Below are positions 45,929 to 56,397 of a stretch of DNA of 64,000 nt, piece by piece. Under the pieces are notes generated by a model that was not told where the DNA came from, did no database searches, and saw only the letters and a program-made list of their open reading frames with translations. Position numbers and translations under genes: made by a program. Source of the DNA: Bacillales bacterium UBA6380 (GTDB lineage Bacteria > Bacillota_I > Bacilli_A > RFN20 > CAG-826); contig DJQS01000007.1 in assembly GCA_002438785.1 (NCBI GenBank), positions 6,194 through 70,193 on the forward strand. The letters are read 5' to 3'. The stretch's first letter is position 1. Every line of letters starts with the position of its first letter.

Positions 45929-47362
45929 ATGGAAAACGAAAATGTGAAGAGCCTAGAAAATTGTCCTAAATTAAAGCTAAACTTCAAACGAACAGCAATT
46001 ATTGGCTTTGCTTTTTTTGGTATTTTGCTTTTATGGCAAGTTTATGATTCATGGTGCCCTTTATTTTTATCTAATTTATTTGAAGAGGCATTACATAAAG
46101 AGCATAATGAAGTTCAATATTTAGTCGGTATAGTTATGGCTTTAGATAACTTAGCTGCATTAATAATGCTACCAATATTTGGTTCTTTATCTGATAAAAC
46201 TCATACAAAGATTGGAAAGCGAATGCCATACATTTTAATAGGCACATTTTGTTGCGCGATAGCTTTTCCATTTATTCCAATCTTATTTCACTATCATAAT
46301 TTAATTGGAACCATTGCTGTTATGGCAATAGTCGTATTTTTTGCAATGATGTATCGAAATCCAGCAGTGGCATTAATGCCTGATATTACTCCAAAACCTT
46401 TAAGAAGCCGTGCTAATGGTATAATTAATATAATGGGTTATTTAGGTGGTGCTTGTGCTACCCTTGTTGGAATGATATTTGTTTTAAGTAAGTATCTAAC
46501 TGGGTGGGAAAATAGTTCTACCAGCATTTGGGTAATTGAAGCACCTTTCTTAATTGCTTCAATTTTAATGATTATCAGTGCATTAGTATTATTTTTCTTT
46601 ATTAATGAAAATAGGATTGAAAAAGAAGTTGCTCCTGAAATGGAATTAGGTGAAAGACTTGCAGCGGTTGAAACATCTGTTGAAGAAGATGATAAAAAAC
46701 CGATGTCAAGGGTTAATAAAATTATGCTTTTATTAATCTTAGGTGCAGAATTTTTATGGTTTATGGCAGATAATGGAATTGGAACTTTCATGTCTATATA
46801 CGTAGAAAAATATCTTCACTCCAGTACAGGTGCTTTGAGCATGTGTATTTTAGTTGGTGGATTTGGTTCTGTTATTGGTTTTGCAGCAGGCGGATTTATT
46901 GCTAGTAAAATAGGACGTAAATGGACTATTTGTGGTGGGCTTAGTTTAACAGCTATCGCCTTAATGATATGGGTCATTATTTCTAACGTAGTTAAAATTG
47001 ATTCCAATGCTGCTGAAAATAGTCAAAAATTTCCTTTTTACTTATATATAATTTGGCTTATTAAAGGGTTCGGAATGAGCTTAGTACATATTAATTCATT
47101 CCCAATGGTTGTAGAGTTATGTTCTAATAAAAAGGTTGGAAAATTTACTGGGTATTATTATGCATCATCTATGGCTGCACAAACTATTACGCCTTGTTTG
47201 ATCGGATTATTAATGTTAAATTCGAATTTTGGATTTGCTCAACTTCCAACTTATGGATTATGTTGTATAGTAGGCTCGTTAATTATATTTCTATTTGTAA
47301 AAAATATTAAAAATAAGGCAATTGTTAAAAAAGGTTTAGAAGCCTTTGATGTGGATGATTAG
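45929..47362 (+). CDS. MFS transporter (GPH/MFS_2-like; possible lysophospholipid or glycerophosphodiester-related transporter)
   Basis: 12 TM; GSLSDKTHTKIGKRMPYIL resembles the GPH D..xGRRxP loop-2/3 signature; large central loop. Confidence 0.65.
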   Translation: MENENVKSLENCPKLKLNFKRTAIIGFAFFGILLLWQVYDSWCPLFLSNLFEEALHKEHNEVQYLVGIVMALDNLAALIMLPIFGSLSDKTHTKIGKRMPYILIGTFCCAIAFPFIPILFHYHNLIGTIAVMAIVVFFAMMYRNPAVALMPDITPKPLRSRANGIINIMGYLGGACATLVGMIFVLSKYLTGWENSSTSIWVIEAPFLIASILMIISALVLFFFINENRIEKEVAPEMELGERLAAVETSVEEDDKKPMSRVNKIMLLLILGAEFLWFMADNGIGTFMSIYVEKYLHSSTGALSMCILVGGFGSVIGFAAGGFIASKIGRKWTICGGLSLTAIALMIWVIISNVVKIDSNAAENSQKFPFYLYIIWLIKGFGMSLVHINSFPMVVELCSNKKVGKFTGYYYASSMAAQTITPCLIGLLMLNSNFGFAQLPTYGLCCIVGSLIIFLFVKNIKNKAIVKKGLEAFDVDD

Positions 47363-47365
47363 AAT

Positions 47366-48103
47366 ATGAAAAAAGAAGTGTTAAGAAAGAAAGTTAATCC
47401 TTTAATTTTTATGGGTGTTGCCCATAGAGGATTGCACACAAAAGATTTTACTGAAAACGGTATGAAGGCATTTGCAAATGCCATTAATAATAATGTCTCT
47501 TTTGAGTTAGATATTCATCTAACTAAAGATAATCAATTAGTTGTTTGTCACGATTCGGATTTAATTAGAACTACCGGGAAAAGTGGAATTATTGAAGATT
47601 TGACGCTAAAAGAAATTAAGGACAATTATAGATTATTTGATGGTGGGGAGATTCCAACCTTTAAAGAATTGTTAGATTTTACTAATGAAAGAGTGCCAAT
47701 GGTTATTGAATTAAAAGTGTATAAAAATAATTACAAGGCTTTAGCTAAGAAATTTTTAGAGGTTATGAAACCTTATAAAAATAAGCAAAATTATTTTGTC
47801 ATCTCTTTTGATCCTCGCGCTTTATTAAAAGTTAAGAAAGGACATTTTGTTAGAGGACTCTTAGTAGGTATGGGTGATAAATGGGTTTATCATTTTAGAT
47901 TTTTATTTGAGTCATTAGATTTAGAAAATAAAATGCTAAAGCTTAAGAGTGTTCAAAGGTATCAAAAAAGACATTTTGTTAATGCTTGGACAATTAATAA
48001 TAAAGAACAATTTGATGAAGTCTATCCTTTTGCTGATACGATTACATTTCAAAACATGGATGTTGAGTATGTAAAAGAAATGCTTAAGAAAAAGAATTTT
48101 TAA
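47366..48103 (+). CDS. glycerophosphodiester phosphodiesterase
   Basis: GDPD motifs HRGLH...ENGMKAF and ELDIHLTKDNQLVVCHDSD. Confidence 0.75.
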   Translation: MKKEVLRKKVNPLIFMGVAHRGLHTKDFTENGMKAFANAINNNVSFELDIHLTKDNQLVVCHDSDLIRTTGKSGIIEDLTLKEIKDNYRLFDGGEIPTFKELLDFTNERVPMVIELKVYKNNYKALAKKFLEVMKPYKNKQNYFVISFDPRALLKVKKGHFVRGLLVGMGDKWVYHFRFLFESLDLENKMLKLKSVQRYQKRHFVNAWTINNKEQFDEVYPFADTITFQNMDVEYVKEMLKKKNF

Positions 48104-48109
48104 ATAAGT

Positions 48110-48457
48110 TTATTTCTTAAAATTATTTTTATCATTATTAGAGTTTTTATCCCATTTATCGCTTAGCTTTTCTAAATCAGCAATAAATTCTTCCCTTGAT
48201 TTTTTTATATTTTCATTTAAATTCAAAAATGATCCTTTTTTTAAAAAATAAGTTGTAACACCTAAACTGATTAAGCCAATACATGTAAATATTAAACCAA
48301 GCCATCCATAAATTTGATTATTCTTATCAATTAAAGGCATAGTTATACCTAGTGATATAAAAATAATAGATATAAATAAAGTTAAAAAACCTAATAAATA
48401 ATATTTTCTTGCTTTGTTTTTATTTGATTTTTCTTTCATAAAAATATTATATGACAA
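48110..48457 (-). CDS. small membrane protein (115 aa)
   Basis: Two TM then charged C-terminal tail. Confidence 0.35.
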   Translation of the reverse strand: MSYNIFMKEKSNKNKARKYYLLGFLTLFISIIFISLGITMPLIDKNNQIYGWLGLIFTCIGLISLGVTTYFLKKGSFLNLNENIKKSREEFIADLEKLSDKWDKNSNNDKNNFKK

Positions 48458-48621
48458 AGAATTTATTTTTAAAATAAAAATATATTTTATAAATTTTTAT
48501 AAAAATAATTAGGTTTTGCAAAGTTTTTTATAAAACTAAATTATTTTAAACAAAAAAACTATTGTTTATTACATAATGAATTATAATTTTTAATATTGTA
48601 TAATATTAAAAGAGGTTATGT

Positions 48622-49083
48622 ATGAAAAAATGTGAGAAATGTGGAAAATATATTGAAGATAGTGCGACATATTGTTCTTATTGTGGGACTAAATATGGTG
48701 CTAAAGAAAGTGATAAAAATAAGAAAAATAAGAATAAAGTCAATTATTACGGGATACTAGCACTAATAATTGCTGTTGTTCCTACTTTATTTAGTCAAAT
48801 CCTAATTAATATTTCTTCTTTGTTCTCTACCGATAATATTGGTCAAATCATGAATAGCAGTTATGGTAATGCTATTGCTATCGTATTTTTATTAACTATT
48901 ATTCTAGGTCTTGTATTTTCAATTGTTGGCTTCGTCTTTAGTTTTAAAGAAGGAGGATTTATATTATCTATATTAAGTTTTTTGATACTTGTTGTTTTAT
49001 TCATATCTATTTTTATTAGTAAAGAAAATGGAAAAACTTTTCTTGAGCAAATCAAAATGTTTCTCGAGGCTAAATATTTATGA
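48622..49083 (+). CDS. zinc-ribbon plus membrane protein
   Basis: N-terminal CxxC...CxxC (CEKCGKYIEDSATYCSYCG), Lys-rich linker, three or four TM. Confidence 0.4.
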   Translation: MKKCEKCGKYIEDSATYCSYCGTKYGAKESDKNKKNKNKVNYYGILALIIAVVPTLFSQILINISSLFSTDNIGQIMNSSYGNAIAIVFLLTIILGLVFSIVGFVFSFKEGGFILSILSFLILVVLFISIFISKENGKTFLEQIKMFLEAKYL

Positions 49084-49796
49084 AAAGTAAATTTTTAAAT
49101 AAGGAATATCTAATTCATTCTCTAAAACAATATAAATATTTAGGAATAATTACATCTATGTTGTTAATTGTTCTTGGTATTTTAATGTTTTGTTTTCCTT
49201 TAATAAGTAATATTATTGCTATCTGGACATTTATAATTGGATTATTACTTGTCGGACTATTTGATTTATTTGCTTATCTTTTCGGAAATAAAGATAATAA
49301 AAAATCTTCTTTTATTTTGCTTAAAGCTATAACAAATATTGTTGTAAGCTTATTAATATTGATACCAATGATAATAAATTCTATTGAAATAGGATTTAAG
49401 GAAGCAATAACTGATTCGACTTTATCTTTCATAAGTTGGGTAGTCGTATTTTTTGGTATTTATTTAGTCTTTACTGGTTTAGGCAGAATTTTTAGAAGTT
49501 CAGTAATAGAAGTTCTTGGTGGCTCGAGATCTGTTGAAATTATAATAGGTGTTACTTATATATTTCTTGGCTTACTTTTTTGTATAAATCCAGCTATTAA
49601 CACAATTACATTTATCACTTATATCTTAAGTATTTATTTAATTTCTTACGGAATTATTTTGTTCATAGAACTTATTACTAGTCCAACGATTAGGGATTAT
49701 AGCAAACCATTTACTCCTAAAAAAGCTAAAGATGGTAGTAAAAACGAAGAAGTTACCGTAGAAATTATTGATAATGATAAATTAGAAAAGAAATAG
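49080..49796 (+). CDS. polytopic membrane protein (238 aa)
   Basis: Six predicted TM; ATGA overlap with upstream gene. Confidence 0.4.
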   Translation: MKSKFLNKEYLIHSLKQYKYLGIITSMLLIVLGILMFCFPLISNIIAIWTFIIGLLLVGLFDLFAYLFGNKDNKKSSFILLKAITNIVVSLLILIPMIINSIEIGFKEAITDSTLSFISWVVVFFGIYLVFTGLGRIFRSSVIEVLGGSRSVEIIIGVTYIFLGLLFCINPAINTITFITYILSIYLISYGIILFIELITSPTIRDYSKPFTPKKAKDGSKNEEVTVEIIDNDKLEKK

Positions 49797-49808
49797 AAGG
49801 AAATTATT

Positions 49809-50432
49809 ATGTTACATGTTGTTGACCACCCATTAATTACTATGAAATTAAATTTGATGAGAGATGAAAGAACTGATAGTAAAGACTTTAGAACTTTGCT
49901 TGATGAAATTTCATCTTTGATGACTTATGAAATATTTAAAGATTTAAAGTTAGTAAAATGTGGAAAAATTAAAACCCCAACAGGCTGTGAAATCGACAAA
50001 TTACATCTTGAATATAATATAATTGTTGTTCCAATCTTAAGAGCTGGAATGGGCATGAGTAATGGTGTTATTAATATGCTACCTAATGCGCGTATTGGAC
50101 ATATAGGTTTATATAGAAATGAAGAGACACTGGAACCAGTCGAATATTTTTTTAAAATGCCTAAAGTTGAAAAACCATTAGTTTTATTATGTGATCCAAT
50201 GGTAGCAACTGGCGGAAGCGCAATTGATGCTATAGCAAGTTTAAAGAAAAAAGGATTTAAAAATATACGATTTTTAGCTTTGGTTGGTGCTCCTATAGGT
50301 GTTAAAAAAATAATGGAAGCACATCCTGATGTTGATATATATATTGCTGCTATGGATGAAAAATTAAATGATAAAGGGTACATTTTACCAGGATTAGGTG
50401 ATGCTGGCGATCGTATATTTGGAACGTTATAA
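49809..50432 (+). CDS. upp: uracil phosphoribosyltransferase
   Basis: Characteristic Upp N-terminus VVDHPLITMKLNLMRDERT and PRPP-binding LLCDPMVATGGS. Confidence 0.85.
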   Translation: MLHVVDHPLITMKLNLMRDERTDSKDFRTLLDEISSLMTYEIFKDLKLVKCGKIKTPTGCEIDKLHLEYNIIVVPILRAGMGMSNGVINMLPNARIGHIGLYRNEETLEPVEYFFKMPKVEKPLVLLCDPMVATGGSAIDAIASLKKKGFKNIRFLALVGAPIGVKKIMEAHPDVDIYIAAMDEKLNDKGYILPGLGDAGDRIFGTL

Positions 50433-50433
50433 C

Positions 50434-51885
50434 ATGAAAAAGAGATTTATTTTTATTAACTTATTTTTATTTTCTATTTTTCCTATTTTATTAAATAGTT
50501 GCTCTAGTATTGATTATCCAAGAGGTGATTTAGAAAAAGGCGGAAAGGTTGAAATTCAAACGATTGGTGAAGGAACGGTTGAAATTGCTGATGAAAATGA
50601 TTTAAATAATGTTTCATTAAATAAGACATTAGTGATAAAAACTTACCCAGCTACGAATTATAAAACGCTATCGATTTTTGTTAATGAATTAGATTTAACA
50701 AATGATCCAAATTTTATTATTGGTGATCCAAATGATATTGTTCATATCGTTGTTACATTTACTAAAATTAATAATGGAACAACTAGCGAAGATAGATATG
50801 GTGTTATAAAACTTGGAAATGTTAATAATGGAACGATTTCTTTTAAAGATAATCATTATAATAATGAAAGTGTTTTACTTGGAACTAAAATTCAAATAGT
50901 TGCTACTCCTAATGAAGGATATAAATTGAATTCATTATCTGTTAATAATGAATCTATTTTATCAACATTAGAATTTATTGTAGAAAAAGAAATTACTTAT
51001 ATTATTGATGCAGATTTTATTTATATTAATTCAAAAAATGATTATTCATATTTATATAATAATAAGATAAAACCTACACGAGGTAATCAAAGTATTAGTT
51101 ATGATGAATATTATGAAAGTGCTAGAGGCTTAAAAGGTTTGGAGTTAAAAAATGAATTACATAATATTATTAAAAAAGGGTCTAAATCTTTTTCATATAA
51201 ATCACTAAATTCTATTTTACCTAAAACTGATGTTGATCCTTATGATTCTTCTAATTTTATTTTAACTTATGAAGGTAGTTATAATAAATCTGAATCCTTT
51301 AATAAAGAGCATACTTGGGCTAAATCTCACGGAGGATTTGGCACAAGTCAACCAACAGGAAGTGATATTCATAATTTAAGACCTTCAAATTCAACCCTAA
51401 ATAGTACTAGAGGTAATTTAGATTTTGGCACTGTCTTAAATCATAGTAATAGTACTGATTGCGGCTATAAATATAATTGGAGTCGTGAAACAATGAAAGG
51501 CAATTACATTGGTGGTGGAAAAAGTGTAAATAGTACTGTTTTTGAACCAAAAGACGAATTTAAAGGAGATGTTGCGCGTATGATTTTTTATATGGCAACT
51601 AGATATGATAGTGATGATAGCTATGATTTAGAAGTAAGTGGAGCTATTGATACTAAATTATATTATGATTATAGTAATGGTGCAAAAGGACTTCACGGTG
51701 TCTTTAAAGATCTTTATGAATGGGCAACTAGTGGAATTGATCCTGTAAGTGATTTTGAAGTTAATAGAAACAATATTATTGACGAAGATTATCAACATAA
51801 TAGAAATCCTTTTATTGACCACCCAGAATTTATTATAATGATTTATGATAAAAATTATTCTGGACCAGGCGCATTAAATGAATAA
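50434..51885 (+). CDS. secreted endonuclease I-family nuclease lipoprotein with N-terminal Ig-like region
   Basis: Start refined to MKKRF...ILLNSC lipobox, one nt after the upp stop; C-terminal EHTWAKSHGG ... SDIHNLRPSNSTLNSTRGNLDFG matches endonuclease I signatures. Confidence 0.65.
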   Translation: MKKRFIFINLFLFSIFPILLNSCSSIDYPRGDLEKGGKVEIQTIGEGTVEIADENDLNNVSLNKTLVIKTYPATNYKTLSIFVNELDLTNDPNFIIGDPNDIVHIVVTFTKINNGTTSEDRYGVIKLGNVNNGTISFKDNHYNNESVLLGTKIQIVATPNEGYKLNSLSVNNESILSTLEFIVEKEITYIIDADFIYINSKNDYSYLYNNKIKPTRGNQSISYDEYYESARGLKGLELKNELHNIIKKGSKSFSYKSLNSILPKTDVDPYDSSNFILTYEGSYNKSESFNKEHTWAKSHGGFGTSQPTGSDIHNLRPSNSTLNSTRGNLDFGTVLNHSNSTDCGYKYNWSRETMKGNYIGGGKSVNSTVFEPKDEFKGDVARMIFYMATRYDSDDSYDLEVSGAIDTKLYYDYSNGAKGLHGVFKDLYEWATSGIDPVSDFEVNRNNIIDEDYQHNRNPFIDHPEFIIMIYDKNYSGPGALNE

Positions 51886-52609
51886 TAATTTTTCATATAA
51901 AAAAGAATTTAACATAACAACGAATATGCTCGATTGTTATGATTATTTAAAATTATCATCAATTTTAGATTTTATGCAATGCGTTGCTAGTGAGCATGCC
52001 GATATTTTGGGTGTTGGATTTAATAATTTTATAAAAAAAGGTTTAATTTGGGTGGTTATTAGAAATAAAGTAGAGATTTTAGATAGCCTAAAAGATTTAA
52101 AAAATATATCGATTAGAACATCTTTAGTTAAACCTAGACTATTTGAATGTCCAAGAGATTACGAAATTTTTAGTGGTGATAAACTTATCATTAAAGGAAG
52201 ATCAATTTGGGCAATTTATGATTTAAATAATAAAAAAATTATTTTACCAAATGATTATGATAGTCTATTCTCTAAAGATATTGGCTTATATAATCGAATT
52301 AAGAAAATAGATTTAATTGACAAAAATTTATTAAAATTTAACTCATATCGAAATGTTAATTTTACTATGTTAGACCATAATAAACACATGAATAATACTC
52401 ATTATTTAGATTTGTTTATGGATATTTATAAACCTACAAAAGAAATAAAAATCAGTTCCTTTCAAGTAGAATATGTATCGCAATGTTATTTAGATGATAA
52501 AATTAGCATATACACTTATGAAATTTTAAATAAAAAATACTTATATGGTTATTGTAACGATGAACTTAAATTTTATATTGAGGTTGATGTAAATGAGTCA
52601 AATAACTAA
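51878..52609 (+). CDS. acyl-ACP thioesterase (hotdog fold)
   Basis: 243 aa; DHNKHMNNTHYLDLF resembles the FatA/B D.N.HVNN.Y motif. Confidence 0.55.
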   Translation: MNNNFSYKKEFNITTNMLDCYDYLKLSSILDFMQCVASEHADILGVGFNNFIKKGLIWVVIRNKVEILDSLKDLKNISIRTSLVKPRLFECPRDYEIFSGDKLIIKGRSIWAIYDLNNKKIILPNDYDSLFSKDIGLYNRIKKIDLIDKNLLKFNSYRNVNFTMLDHNKHMNNTHYLDLFMDIYKPTKEIKISSFQVEYVSQCYLDDKISIYTYEILNKKYLYGYCNDELKFYIEVDVNESNN

Positions 52610-53147
52610 ATCTGTTATCGCTGATTCTTTTTTAAAATTAGTAGAAGAGGAACCAATTGAATCAATTACAATTAGCGATATAACAAAAAATTGTGGATTA
52701 AATAGACAAACATTTTATTATCATTTTAGCGACATCTATGATTTAATTGAATGGATTTTATTAGAAGCAACTGATAAAGTAATTGGAAAAAATAGAACCT
52801 ATAATAGTTGGAAGGAAGGTTATCTAGATTTATTTTATTTTTGTTTAAAACATAAAAAAATAATTACTTATGGATATAATTCTATAAATAGAAAGCAAGT
52901 TGAAAGATTTTTATATAATGTTGCCTTTGATTTTTTAATGAATGTTGCTAACGAATTATCAAAGAATCTCAAAATAAGAGATGATGATAAAAAATATATT
53001 GTTGATTTTTATAAGTTTGCTTTTGTCGGATTTTTATGCGAGTGGATTGATAATGGCATGAAAGATGATCCTAAATATATAGTAAACAAATTAGAGGCAC
53101 TTATTAGTGGCGATTTAAAAAAAGATTTAACGTTATTTTCTTATTAG
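52593..53147 (+). CDS. TetR/AcrR-family transcriptional regulator
   Basis: N-terminal HTH ISDITKNCGLNRQTFYYHF. Confidence 0.6.
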   Translation: MSQITKSVIADSFLKLVEEEPIESITISDITKNCGLNRQTFYYHFSDIYDLIEWILLEATDKVIGKNRTYNSWKEGYLDLFYFCLKHKKIITYGYNSINRKQVERFLYNVAFDFLMNVANELSKNLKIRDDDKKYIVDFYKFAFVGFLCEWIDNGMKDDPKYIVNKLEALISGDLKKDLTLFSY

Positions 53148-53392
53148 TTTTTGTCTAAGAAATTTTTAGCGTAGGAACATGTTGCTTCGACATTATGCCC
53201 TTGTTTTTTGATTATCTCTAAAGCTTCAATTACAAGTTTTTTAGCAATTCCTTGTCCCCTTAAGCTATCACTCACATATGTTCTAGTTATACAGTTTGTG
53301 TTTTGATTAATTAACGGAAATAAAATTTCTGCAATAACATTTTCATTTTCATCTAAGTATTTTATATATTCTTTAGTTTTAATAATTTTCAT
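53144..53392 (-). CDS. small GNAT-like acetyltransferase (82 aa)
   Basis: RGQGIAKKLV acetyl-CoA-binding-like motif; short Acetyltransf_CG-type size. Confidence 0.45.
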   Translation of the reverse strand: MKIIKTKEYIKYLDENENVIAEILFPLINQNTNCITRTYVSDSLRGQGIAKKLVIEALEIIKKQGHNVEATCSYAKNFLDKN

Positions 53393-53432
53393 AATTCACC
53401 TCTTTTTTAATAATATCATAATAAGAAGCGAA

Positions 53433-53451
53433 TTTCTTTAAATATACCCCT
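53433..53451 (+). promoter_or_regulatory. candidate CsoR operator (TATACC-N7-GGTATA pseudo-palindrome)
   Basis: Inverted repeat 30 bp upstream of the csoR ATG, overlapping a probable -10; resembles GC-rich CsoR-type operators. Confidence 0.4.
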
Positions 53452-53481
53452 AGATGGTATATACTTTTGTAGGAGGAAAAT

Positions 53482-53784
53482 ATGGATAAAAAATGTTGTA
53501 CAAATAATATAAAAGTAACAATAAGAGGAGATGATGAGAAAAAGCAAATTATTTCTAGAATAAATAGGATTATTGGACAGATAGAAGGAATTAAGAAAAT
53601 GGTTAATAATGATCGCTATTGCGATGATATATTAATTCAACTTTCAGCAGTTGATAAATCAGTTAAAAGTTTAGCTAATTCTATTTTAGATAGGCATTTG
53701 CATACCTGTATTGTTGATAATATTAAAAAAGGAAATTACGAAATTTTAGACGAGATTAGTGAGCTTTTTAGGAGATTTCAATGA
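53482..53784 (+). CDS. csoR: CsoR/RcnR-family metal-sensing repressor
   Basis: 100 aa; RINRIIGQIEGIKKMV ... C...H...C ligand pattern; 4-nt overlap with copA. Confidence 0.7.
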   Translation: MDKKCCTNNIKVTIRGDDEKKQIISRINRIIGQIEGIKKMVNNDRYCDDILIQLSAVDKSVKSLANSILDRHLHTCIVDNIKKGNYEILDEISELFRRFQ

Positions 53785-56276
53785 AAAAAATATTTGATGT
53801 TAAGGGAATGACATGTGCTAGTTGTCAAGCTCATGTTGATAATGCAGTTAGAAAAATTAAAGGTGTAAAAGATGTAAATGTATCTCTTTTAAATAACACT
53901 ATGGAGGTAGATTATGATGAAAAATGTGTTGATGATCAAGATATAGAAAATGCTGTTAAAAAAGCGGGATATAAGGCCTTTAGTCAAGATAAAAAAGGTA
54001 ATAAGGGAGTAAATGAAAATAATGATTATTCTTTATTAAAATTAATAATAGCAATTACCTTTTTAATATTATTAATGTATGTTTCAATGGGCCATATGAT
54101 TAATTTACCAATGCCTAAGTTTTTAAAAATTTCAACGCATGAAGAAATGATAAAAAATTCATTAATTTTTGCTTTTACTCAATTTTTATTAACGTTGCCA
54201 TCAATTTTTATTTATCGAAATTATTTTATTAACGGTTATAAAAGATTATTTAAACTATCGCCAAATATGGATAGTCTTATAGCATTAGGAAGTAGTGCTA
54301 GTTTAATTTATGGAGTTATTGCTATATTTATGATTGGATATGGATTAGGGTATAACAATTATGATTTAGTTATGCAATATGTCCATAATATTTATTTTGA
54401 AAGTGCGGCAACAATTTTAACCTTAGTTAGTTTAGGGAAATATTTAGAGGGATTATCTAAAAGAAAAACTACTGACAATGTAAAAAAGATGTTAGACTTA
54501 GTTCCTAAAAAAGCAACTATATTTATTAATAATGAGGAAACAACTATACCAGTTAACGAAATTAAAATTAATGATATTGTTGTTGTAAAAAAAGGAGAAC
54601 AGGTGCCTATTGATGGAGAAATTATCGAAGGATCGGGTTCTTTTAATGAATCTAATATTACAGGTGAATCAATGCCTGCTTATAAAAAAAGCAATGATTT
54701 TGTTTATTCTTCTACAATATTAGAATCAGGCTATGTAAAAATAAAGGCAAAAAAAATTGGTGATGATTGTTCTATTAATACAATTATAAAATTAGTCGAA
54801 GAAGCTGCTAATTCTAAAGCTCCTATATCAAAACTTGTTGATAAAATATCTTTATTCTTTGTACCTATAATAATCTTAATTTCACTAGTTGTTTTTATTT
54901 TTTATTTATCTTTTAATTATAGTTTTAATGATGCGTTTAATTATGCAATTAGTGTCTTAGTTATTGCCTGTCCATGTGCTCTAGGCTTAGCAACTCCAGT
55001 TGCTATAATGGTAGGAACAGGAAAAGGTGCTCAGCTTGGTCTTCTTATAAAAAATGCTGAGATATTAGAAAATGCGCATCGTATAAAAACAATTGTTTTA
55101 GATAAAACAGGTACAATTACTATGGGTAAGCCATGTGTTACAGACTTCATTGTATTTAAAAAAGAGGATGATTTACTTTCTAAAATATATTCATTAGAAA
55201 TTAAAAGTGAGCATCCTTTAGCAAATGCTATTATTAGTTATGTTAAATTAAAAGAAAGTAATATTATTAATTATCACGTAGTTAACTATCAAGCGATAGA
55301 AGGAGTTGGTGTTTCAGGTTACATAAATAATGATTTTTATCAAATAGGTAATATAAGGTGTCTTAAAGATAAAAATTATATAAATGATAAAATAGACAAA
55401 TTATCTTTAGAAGGAAAAACTACTTTAGTAATCGTAAAAAATAATGAAGTTATTTCTTTAATATCTTTGAAAGATATTATTAGAAAAGATTCTAAAGAGG
55501 CCATTAGGTTATTAAAGAATAAAGGCATAAAAATAATTATGCTAACAGGAGATAATGAATTAACAGCAAAAAATATTGCTAAAGAAGTTGATATTAATGA
55601 AGTTAGAGCTAATGTATTGCCTATTGATAAAGAGAAAATAATAAAAGATATTCCCCATAATAAAAATAATTTAGTTGCAATGGTTGGAGATGGTGTTAAT
55701 GATGCTTTAGCTTTAACAACTAGTGATATAGGAATAGCAATTGGCGGTGGTACAGATATTGCAATAGAATCTAGTGATATTGTTTTGATTAGAAATAGCT
55801 TATTAGATGTTCTTAACGTTATAAATTTATCTAAAAGGGTTTATTTTACGATAATAGGTAATTTATTTTGGGCTTTTATTTATAATTGCATTGGTATTTT
55901 ATTTGCAACTGGGATGTTTGTGCCACTACTTGGTGAAAATTTTAAATTGTCTCCAATGATTGGATCAGCATGTATGGCATTTAGTTCTATATTTGTGGTA
56001 TTGAATGCTTTAACAATTAATTTATTTAAACCAAAGGCTTATAATAATAAAAAAGTAAATGGAGAAATTTCTAATATGGAAAAAATTGAACTTAATGTAA
56101 ATGGTATGATGTGCATGCATTGTGTAAAACATGTTAAAGAAGCTTTATTAAGTTGTAATGGTGTAAAGCATGTTGATGTTTATTTAGATAGTAAAAAAGC
56201 CATCATCGAAGGTAATAATCTTTCTAAAGACAAGTTAATTAATGCAGTTAAAAATGCAGGATACGATGCATTTTAA
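53781..56276 (+). CDS. copA: copper-translocating P-type ATPase with N- and C-terminal HMA domains
   Basis: GMTCASCQ and GMMCMHCV metal-binding motifs, CPC (ACPCALGLATP), DKTGT phosphorylation site, GDGVNDA. Confidence 0.85.
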   Translation: MKKIFDVKGMTCASCQAHVDNAVRKIKGVKDVNVSLLNNTMEVDYDEKCVDDQDIENAVKKAGYKAFSQDKKGNKGVNENNDYSLLKLIIAITFLILLMYVSMGHMINLPMPKFLKISTHEEMIKNSLIFAFTQFLLTLPSIFIYRNYFINGYKRLFKLSPNMDSLIALGSSASLIYGVIAIFMIGYGLGYNNYDLVMQYVHNIYFESAATILTLVSLGKYLEGLSKRKTTDNVKKMLDLVPKKATIFINNEETTIPVNEIKINDIVVVKKGEQVPIDGEIIEGSGSFNESNITGESMPAYKKSNDFVYSSTILESGYVKIKAKKIGDDCSINTIIKLVEEAANSKAPISKLVDKISLFFVPIIILISLVVFIFYLSFNYSFNDAFNYAISVLVIACPCALGLATPVAIMVGTGKGAQLGLLIKNAEILENAHRIKTIVLDKTGTITMGKPCVTDFIVFKKEDDLLSKIYSLEIKSEHPLANAIISYVKLKESNIINYHVVNYQAIEGVGVSGYINNDFYQIGNIRCLKDKNYINDKIDKLSLEGKTTLVIVKNNEVISLISLKDIIRKDSKEAIRLLKNKGIKIIMLTGDNELTAKNIAKEVDINEVRANVLPIDKEKIIKDIPHNKNNLVAMVGDGVNDALALTTSDIGIAIGGGTDIAIESSDIVLIRNSLLDVLNVINLSKRVYFTIIGNLFWAFIYNCIGILFATGMFVPLLGENFKLSPMIGSACMAFSSIFVVLNALTINLFKPKAYNNKKVNGEISNMEKIELNVNGMMCMHCVKHVKEALLSCNGVKHVDVYLDSKKAIIEGNNLSKDKLINAVKNAGYDAF

Positions 56277-56397
56277 ATGTAAAAGTTTGCAAAATTCAAT
56301 TATTTTTTAAAAAACACAATAATTATTTATATTTCTTTTATAATTATTTATTAGTGTTTTGATTCAAAAATATTCGATTTCGAGTATAATATTTTTT

